Of a DNA stretch of 41,145 nucleotides, positions 35,197 through 41,145 are shown piece by piece (within the stretch, counting starts at the first letter, position 1; every line of letters starts with the position of its first letter). The DNA is from a virus. Taxonomy: Duplodnaviria > Caudoviricetes. The position numbers were made by a program, and so were the translations under genes. The stretch lies in IMG/VR virus record IMGVR_UViG_3300010362_000896, positions 1 through 41,145 of that record; one strand, given 5' to 3'. The notes under the pieces were generated by a model, which saw nothing but the letters and a program-made list of their open reading frames with translations, was not told the origin of the DNA and searched no databases.

Positions 35197-35727
35197 ATGC
35201 CCAGACTGACACCGGAGCGCACTGCCCGGGGTGATTTGACCTGGAATCCCGCGTGGACCGAGAGCTTCGATGCACGCGTCCGCTTCGGCGAGCGGCACTG
35301 GCTGTGGACGGGCTACGTCAACCCCAACGACGGCTATGGCAGGTTCAAGCCGCACCACAACATGTCGGGCGAGCTAGCCCACCGGGTGGCGTACGTCAGG
35401 TGGATCGGGCCGATCCCCGACGAGGCCCCGATCATCGACCACCTCGGGCACCCGTTTGGTCTCAGGCGGTGCGTCCGCCCCGACTGCCTGGAGGCCATCA
35501 GCCACGCCGAGAACGTGCGCCGTGGCCAGGGCCCAACTGGCATCAACGCCCGCCGGACCCACTGTCCCCGGTGCGGCAGTGAATACAATGAAGCCAACAC
35601 CGTGTACCGCGCGGATGGCGAGCGCCGCTGCCGCATCTGCCGCGAGAATTACAAGCGCGCGTACCGAGCTAAACAAGCACAAGGCGCATCACCGACTCGG
35701 ACGTCCCGTCGGGCCAGTACTGAGTGA
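35197..35727 (+). CDS. HNH endonuclease
   Basis: WLWTG...GYGRF...AHRVAY...IDHL...CVRP..LE.I...EN..RG followed by THCPRCG...CRIC. Confidence 0.85.
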   Translation: MPRLTPERTARGDLTWNPAWTESFDARVRFGERHWLWTGYVNPNDGYGRFKPHHNMSGELAHRVAYVRWIGPIPDEAPIIDHLGHPFGLRRCVRPDCLEAISHAENVRRGQGPTGINARRTHCPRCGSEYNEANTVYRADGERRCRICRENYKRAYRAKQAQGASPTRTSRRASTE

Positions 35728-37225
35728 ACGGCTCGTAGTGGCCCAGGATGCGGTACACGCGCTCCGAAAGCTGGGGCTGGAAGTTGTGATCGAGGGCCCG
35801 CCAGATGTGCAGCACGCGCATCCCGCGCAGGTAGTACGTGTTGCCCACCCGCCAGCCCAGCCCAGAGGTGTGGCGGGCGCTCTCGGGCTCGCCATCCCTG
35901 AGGGCCCGAAGCTGGTCCCGCAGCGCCATGGCCAGCAAGCCGAAGCGCGTCTGCACCTCCAGGGCGACCCTGACCTCGGTCACCGAGTTGGCCACGGCCT
36001 GACCAAATGTGCTCTTGAAGTGGCGCCCCTGCTGGTTGTTGGCGAAGTCCGGGACGAACTGGATCTGCTTCAGGCACGCGCTCTGGAAGCGGTCCATGGA
36101 GAGCAGATCCTCGTCGTCGATCTCGACCTGCGCCTGGAACGTGGACATGTCGCTCCTGGTGCACTCAACCGCTAACCGGTACCGGCTCTCCCCGACGTCG
36201 AACTGGATGCGCAGCGCATCGAGCACCTTGAAGTTGGTCCCCGCCGCGACCCTGGCCGCCTGGCGCTCGCGCTCGACTTCGGCCCACGCCGCGTCGTACG
36301 TCGCCTTGAGATAGCTGTAGCCGTGGTTCGAGCGCTGCTTGTTCCGGTAGCACGCGGCGCCGACCAGGCACGCGGCGAAGATGCGCTCGATCTGCTCGAA
36401 GCCCTGGCCCTTCCTGATCAGTTCGCAGCACACCGCGAAGTCGATCTCGCTGTGGCTGGATACGCTGCGCTGCCAGTGCCTGGAGTTGAAGTCCTGGTTT
36501 CCCGGCACCAGCAGCGTGTCCTTGATCCTGGCCTTGAGCTTGAGCGCGCGTACGCCATCGAAGACGCGCTGACGCTCGTCGTCGTCCAGATCGAGGATCG
36601 TCTTGCTGCTGCTCGCGGGCGGCGGCAGGGCGGGCTGCGGGTGGCTCTGCAGGTACGTGGCCAGGATGTCCTGCAGGAACTGCTCGCCGTTGGGGACCAC
36701 GGGTAACCGCTCGAAGCTACCCGTGCGGACCACGTACGCCTCGCCGGTGTCGGGGTGGATGCTCGGCGGCACGACCATGTACGAGGGCCCCGCGCCGCCC
36801 GAGCCGTCGCCGCGTATGTCGCCGACGGCTTTGCCACCTCTGGGCTTCCAGCGCCCCGAGAAGACCTGCGAGTCGGACCTGAACCAGATGTGCGCCTTGT
36901 GCGAGCCCGACTCGACGATGCACGCGCCCTTGAAGATCGGATCCCGGGCGTGCTCGATGACCCAGCGGGCGAAGACGGGCTCGTCTACGTCGCCGCAGTA
37001 GAGCCCGCCCGAAACCTGTCCGCACACCACGCCCCAGTTGTGCTCGACCCCGCGCGCCAGCCAGCCGCGCACCTCGTCCTGCGTTGGACGCCTGTTCTGG
37101 TAGGGTGCCCAGGTCTGGCCGTCCAGGATCGAGCTATACGGGCGCTTGTCGTGCGGCGCCAGCGGGATCACGCTGGCCCCCAGCCGCAGATACTGCAGCG
37201 GGACCGGAGTATCCGGTGCGAACAT
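35669..37225 (-). CDS. Bifunctional DNA primase/polymerase (Prim-Pol) domain protein
   Basis: SVIPL...KRP...W..YQ..RPT, NWGVVCG..SG...DVD, AHIWF, YMVVPPSIH..TG..Y; PriCT-like SEIDFAVCCELI region. Confidence 0.88.
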   Translation of the reverse strand: MFAPDTPVPLQYLRLGASVIPLAPHDKRPYSSILDGQTWAPYQNRRPTQDEVRGWLARGVEHNWGVVCGQVSGGLYCGDVDEPVFARWVIEHARDPIFKGACIVESGSHKAHIWFRSDSQVFSGRWKPRGGKAVGDIRGDGSGGAGPSYMVVPPSIHPDTGEAYVVRTGSFERLPVVPNGEQFLQDILATYLQSHPQPALPPPASSSKTILDLDDDERQRVFDGVRALKLKARIKDTLLVPGNQDFNSRHWQRSVSSHSEIDFAVCCELIRKGQGFEQIERIFAACLVGAACYRNKQRSNHGYSYLKATYDAAWAEVERERQAARVAAGTNFKVLDALRIQFDVGESRYRLAVECTRSDMSTFQAQVEIDDEDLLSMDRFQSACLKQIQFVPDFANNQQGRHFKSTFGQAVANSVTEVRVALEVQTRFGLLAMALRDQLRALRDGEPESARHTSGLGWRVGNTYYLRGMRVLHIWRALDHNFQPQLSERVYRILGHYEPFTQYWPDGTSESVMRLVLV

Positions 37226-37233
37226 CCGACGGC

Positions 37234-37509
37234 CTAGCCAGCTACAGCTACGCCAGGATCGCTCCGATTCTTGCCAAGGTCCGGATGACTCTTCTTGTAC
37301 GCGTCTAAATCGGAGATCCTGAACATCAGTACGCTGGACTTCTCGCCGAGCATGAAGCCGGGTATACCAGCCCCACCATTGTCGTAGATAGCCTTCAGCC
37401 TGTAGATGTATTCGCGGGATACGTTGAGATGATCAGCCGCCTCCTGCGCGGGCAGCCAGCCCTGGAAACTCACTCGATTCGTATCGGCACTAGCAACAGT
37501 GCTGGGCAT
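37234..37509 (-). CDS. HTH DNA-binding protein (excisionase/MerR-like)
   Basis: WLPAQEAADHLNVSREYIYRL...FRISDLDAY; GGAGGT RBS. Confidence 0.8.
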   Translation of the reverse strand: MPSTVASADTNRVSFQGWLPAQEAADHLNVSREYIYRLKAIYDNGGAGIPGFMLGEKSSVLMFRISDLDAYKKSHPDLGKNRSDPGVAVAG

Positions 37510-37532
37510 GTGTACCTCCGCCTAGATGGAAA

Positions 37533-37589
37533 GTTGCCACTTGACGGCAACCACCCACGAGTGTAGGATGACCAGTGGCATTTGTGCAA
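37533..37589. promoter_or_regulatory. Overlapping divergent promoters
   Basis: Plus: TTGACG (37541)-17 nt-TAGGAT (37564). Minus: TTGCAC (37589-37584)-18 nt-TACACT (37565-37560). Inverted repeat gttgcc/ggcaac brackets the plus -35. Confidence 0.65.
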
Positions 37590-37657
37590 CAGTCGCCACG
37601 GACGAGGCGGCGCACAGGTGTCGCATCTCTAGTAGATCTCTTGAGGAGGGATCGCAT

Positions 37658-39106
37658 ATGACCGTAGCGTTGCACCCGTATCAGCGTGAGGGGATCACAC
37701 GAGCCTATCACGCGCTGCAGGACCCTCGTGCAAGTCACGGTTTCTACCTGCAGTGGAAGCCAGGCATGGGCAAGTCGCTCGGGGCCATTGCCCTGCATCG
37801 GCTGCTCAAGTCCACGCGGACCATCATCGTGTGCCCTGTCGTCGCTCAGGGTGTCTGGCGGCGCGAGTTCGACAAGTGGCTGCCAGGCGAGGTGATCAGC
37901 GACGTCGATAGCCTGGATGCCAGCACCGAGGTGGTCATCACCACCTACGACAAGCTCAAGGACCCCAAGTCGCAGAGCCTGACCGCTCAGCGGCGCACTG
38001 GGGCGGGGCGGCTGCATCGGCTCCAGGCGTGGTCGCCCGTGCTGCTCATCCTGGACGAGGCGCAGTACATCAAGTCGCCCAGCGCCGCCAGGACGCGCTC
38101 GATGTGGAAGCTCGCCGCTGCTGCCGAGCACAAGCTGTTGCTGTCGGGTACCCCAGCGCATTCCCCGCTCGACTGGTGGTCCCAGTTCCGCATCGTCAGC
38201 CCGCACGAGCCCGTCTTCCGTGAGGGCTACATCCAGTTCAAGCAGAACACCGTGGTGCTCGCGCAGGGCCCCAACGGGGCGTATCCGATGCGCGGCAAGG
38301 GCGGCGCGCTGATCCTGCGCAGCGACGGCCACGAGAAGCTGGTGCGGGCCATGGCGCCGTACGTCCACGCCGTGCCCAAGTCGGCCCTCAACCTGCCCGA
38401 GCCCATCGTGACCGAGGTGCCGATCACCCTCAGCCCCGCCGAGCGCAAGGCGTACACCCAGATGGAGACGATGCTCCGGGCCGAGTTGGACAACGGCAAC
38501 GGCGAGGTGACCGAAGCCAACGCCACGATTGTGCTGACCAAGATCCTGCGCCTGACCCAGATCGCCGCTGGCCACGTGACCGACGAGAACGGCCAGAGCG
38601 TCAACATCGGTACCTCGAAGCTCGAAGCGGCCATGGAGCTACTCGACGAGCGCATCGACGAGAAGGTCGTCGTCGCCGCCAGGTTCAGACCCGACCTGCA
38701 GCGCCTGGCCGAGACCCTGGAGGGCACGGGCCGTCCGTACCGCGTCATCGACGGCTCGGTCTCGGGGCCGCTGCGCACCAGGGCCGAGGACTGGTTCCAG
38801 AAAGAGGATCACAACGGGGTGATGCTGCTCAACTACGCCGCTGGCGGCGTGGCCATCACGCTCACGGCGGCGTCGAGCATGATCCTGTTCTCGCTCACTC
38901 CGAGTGTCATCCAGTGGGAGCAGACGACGTCCCGGGTACACAGGATCGGGACCACGACGAACGTCCAGTTGCTGTACCTGATCGGCCAGCAGACCCAGGA
39001 CGAGATCATGATCAGGGCGCTCGAACGGGGGGCCAGCGCGGTCGACATGGCCAGGCTGCTGCTCAAGTACCTCAAGCGCACCGACGGGGGGAACGGCAAT
39101 GGCTAA
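37658..39106 (+). CDS. SNF2-like superfamily 2 helicase
   Basis: LHPYQ, PGMGKS, LDEAQ, LSGTP, QTTSRVHRIG motifs; start follows the CTTGAGGAGGG box. Confidence 0.92.
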   Translation: MTVALHPYQREGITRAYHALQDPRASHGFYLQWKPGMGKSLGAIALHRLLKSTRTIIVCPVVAQGVWRREFDKWLPGEVISDVDSLDASTEVVITTYDKLKDPKSQSLTAQRRTGAGRLHRLQAWSPVLLILDEAQYIKSPSAARTRSMWKLAAAAEHKLLLSGTPAHSPLDWWSQFRIVSPHEPVFREGYIQFKQNTVVLAQGPNGAYPMRGKGGALILRSDGHEKLVRAMAPYVHAVPKSALNLPEPIVTEVPITLSPAERKAYTQMETMLRAELDNGNGEVTEANATIVLTKILRLTQIAAGHVTDENGQSVNIGTSKLEAAMELLDERIDEKVVVAARFRPDLQRLAETLEGTGRPYRVIDGSVSGPLRTRAEDWFQKEDHNGVMLLNYAAGGVAITLTAASSMILFSLTPSVIQWEQTTSRVHRIGTTTNVQLLYLIGQQTQDEIMIRALERGASAVDMARLLLKYLKRTDGGNGNG

Positions 39107-40133
39107 TCCGCTGGACGCGCTCCACTTTCGCCAGGCGTACGGCGCGCTGCTGCGCCGAGACAGGGGCTTCGAGCACGCGTTTCGAGTCGCACCGCTCAGA
39201 GACGACATGACCGACACCCAGGCGGCGAACATGGTCGAAGCGGTGCGCAGGCACATGGTGGGTATCGTCGACTTCGGCGAGACGTTCTACGTTTCCCGTG
39301 AAATCACCGACCTGCTGCGCGACGCCGCCGAGCAGTTGAGCATGACCCTGTTCCACTTCGAGCCCGACGACTTCCCGAGCCTGACGGGGACCGTCTACTT
39401 CGACGGCGCCGTGCCGCTGCCGACCCACCTGGACCCGAGCGGCAGCCAGCCGCTGCGGGCCCTGCTGTGGGGCCAGTTCACCAACCCCAAGGATCCGCAC
39501 CACGGCGAGCACGGCTCCAGCTTCCAATTGAGCGGGATCGACAGGAACAACACGCCGCACAACATCGACGGCAAGATCCTGTACAGCATCGTCGACACAC
39601 CCGAAGCGCATCGCCAGCAGATGGGGCCGTGGATGCCCAGGCACTGGATGCCGCTCGGCTATGGCATCCGCTACTCGACCGAGCAGATCCGCAACCACGG
39701 CAACGAGGACCGACGGTTCAGGGACCAGGGGCTGACCGACGCCGAGGTCGAGATGGACGATCAGGATGCGCGCCGCTCGGCGGGCCTGATCTACCGCCTG
39801 CTGTACGTGTGGACCAACTTCCTCAAGACCGAGATCGCTGGCCACCGCACGCTCGACCTGGATCGGCTGCACAAGAAGATGGCCAGGCGTGAGGGCAGAC
39901 CGCTGCCCCAGGTCAGGATCGTCGTGCTGCGCCGCTACGCCAGCGGGCCCGTGCTGGGTGAGGGCGAGGCGCCCGAGTGGACGCACCGCTGGAAGGTCAG
40001 GGGCCACTGGCGCCAGCAGCGCGTGGGTCCAGGGCGGGCGTTCATCCGCCCGACGTTCATCCCCGAGTACACCAAGGGGCCCGCGCATCTGCCGCTGGAT
40101 GAGCGCGATACGATCCAGGCGATTGTGCGCTGA
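39099..40133 (+). CDS. Conserved phage hypothetical protein (C-terminal W.VRGHWR.Q motif)
   Basis: HRWKVRGHWRQQ...FIPEYTKGP. Confidence 0.75.
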   Translation: MANPLDALHFRQAYGALLRRDRGFEHAFRVAPLRDDMTDTQAANMVEAVRRHMVGIVDFGETFYVSREITDLLRDAAEQLSMTLFHFEPDDFPSLTGTVYFDGAVPLPTHLDPSGSQPLRALLWGQFTNPKDPHHGEHGSSFQLSGIDRNNTPHNIDGKILYSIVDTPEAHRQQMGPWMPRHWMPLGYGIRYSTEQIRNHGNEDRRFRDQGLTDAEVEMDDQDARRSAGLIYRLLYVWTNFLKTEIAGHRTLDLDRLHKKMARREGRPLPQVRIVVLRRYASGPVLGEGEAPEWTHRWKVRGHWRQQRVGPGRAFIRPTFIPEYTKGPAHLPLDERDTIQAIVR

Positions 40134-41145
40134 TGTCTGGCTGCGCTGAGTGTCCTGCCGCTGCTGGCCCACGCGTCGGTGGGGAGTGGTGGTCGGCTGG
40201 GGAGTGGAGTGGGCCCGCGTGCATGGCCGTGGGCATCAACCCTGGCTGGAACGAGACCCAGGAGGGCCGACCGTTCGTCGGCCCTTCGGGGCAATTACTC
40301 AAAGAGGGACTGGTCCAGGCGGGTATAAAGCGCGCCTACCTGACCAACACCTACCAGTGCCCCGGTGAGCCCGACATGAGCTTCGCCAGGCTGTGTGCGC
40401 CGAACCTGGAGGAGGAGATCGAGCGTGTCAAGCCCGCTTTCATTCTGGCTCTGGGCAACATCGCCGTCCAGAGACTACTGGGCAAGGGCACAGTGGGACA
40501 GGTTTCGGGTAAGGAAATATGGTCAGCGAAGTATCAGGCGTGGGTCCTCCCGGCCTACCATCCTGCAGCTATCCTGCGGGATCGAGGTCGGGAGAACGCC
40601 TGGCGAGCAGATGTCCATCGCTTTGGGCGTCTGGTGCGGGGTGACCTGGTCCCCCCGCCGAATACGCCACCTGTCCGTGTGGATCTCGTTACATCGGGAT
40701 CGGGGCTCAAGGTGCTGGACACTGCGCTACGGACGGAGCCCGCATTCACCTACGACTTCGAGACCAACGTCACGCCAGGCTGGTGGCACCACGACTTCCG
40801 GGTCTATTCAATCGCCTTCAGCTTCACCGGCGCCGAAGCCTACTGCCTACCCATCGACCACCCCGAGTGTGACGACCAATGGGTGGCGCTCGTATCCCGA
40901 TGGCTCACCGAACGAGCCACGCCGATCCTGACCGGCGAGCGCAACCACACCGAGCGGACCGTGCACAACGGCATGTTCGACGACCTGGTCTGGTACCGCC
41001 TGACCGGGGCGCTCAGCCGCCCAACATGCGACACGATGCTCGTGCTGCAGTTGCTCGACGAGAACGCGCCCAAGTCGCTCAAGTGGGCGGGGCGGGCCCA
41101 TCTGGGCTGGCCCGACTGGGACATCGACGCGCGCAAGTACCACGC
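40133..41145 (+). CDS. UDG-like domain fused to a 3'-5' exonuclease: N-terminus of a family A DNA polymerase (partial)
   Basis: TGATG start, open to the window end. CAEC, GINPG..E...GRPFVGPSG, YLTN..C, LALG, YHPAAILR (UDG fold), then TYDFET (ExoI), HNGMFD (ExoII), DTML. Missing from the ORF track. Confidence 0.85.
   Translation, partial: MSGCAECPAAAGPRVGGEWWSAGEWSGPACMAVGINPGWNETQEGRPFVGPSGQLLKEGLVQAGIKRAYLTNTYQCPGEPDMSFARLCAPNLEEEIERVKPAFILALGNIAVQRLLGKGTVGQVSGKEIWSAKYQAWVLPAYHPAAILRDRGRENAWRADVHRFGRLVRGDLVPPPNTPPVRVDLVTSGSGLKVLDTALRTEPAFTYDFETNVTPGWWHHDFRVYSIAFSFTGAEAYCLPIDHPECDDQWVALVSRWLTERATPILTGERNHTERTVHNGMFDDLVWYRLTGALSRPTCDTMLVLQLLDENAPKSLKWAGRAHLGWPDWDIDARKYH

Noticed and set aside
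37234-37509. Excisionase implying an integrated prophage
   Set aside because: No integrase, att site or host genes in the window; the HTH protein is more simply a regulator.
26775-40172. Long minus-strand ORFs in the right arm (27693-28694, 29212-30534, 31909-32925, 37490-38575, 39072-40172)
   Set aside because: Antisense shadows of well-supported plus-strand genes.
296-41145. Stop-codon reassignment, diversity-generating retroelement or retron
   Set aside because: Genes are intact under the standard code with all three stop codons used; no reverse transcriptase or TR/VR pair was seen.

Overview
This window is a high-GC tailed-phage (Caudoviricetes, probably podovirus-like) genome segment with two divergent arms. 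The left arm (minus strand, about 1-21232) is a late/structural operon. It carries a putative small terminase, an Acb2/Tad1-like hairpin protein, fibre/collagen-like proteins, an amidase endolysin with holin-like genes, a run of tiny basic peptides, the terminase large subunit, the portal, and a 2927-aa Pro/Gly/Gln-rich protein with an M23 peptidase domain. The right arm (plus strand, about 21343-41145) holds early and replication genes: many small ORFs, two HNH-type nucleases, DUF932, a 3D-domain protein, a very acidic repeat protein, UvrD and SNF2 helicases, an inverted primase-polymerase + HTH pair, and a UDG-like/3'-5' exonuclease fusion (PolA, truncated at the window edge and absent from the ORF track). 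No major capsid gene, integrase, tRNA or CRISPR array was recognised. Four signals stand out. (1) A GAG[Q/A] motif recurs at apparent domain boundaries of the giant protein and again in the next gene, suggesting a processed virion polyprotein. (2) The early arm has a repeated regulatory cassette: a CCGGCTATAGCGG box, a sigma70 promoter with dyad symmetry, and a CTTGAGGAGGG ribosome-binding box. (3) Two repeat/inverted-repeat-rich non-coding islands are candidate terminus or origin sites. (4) A stand-alone paralogue of the endolysin N-terminal domain lies directly upstream of it. All family assignments come from motif recognition by eye, not database searches.
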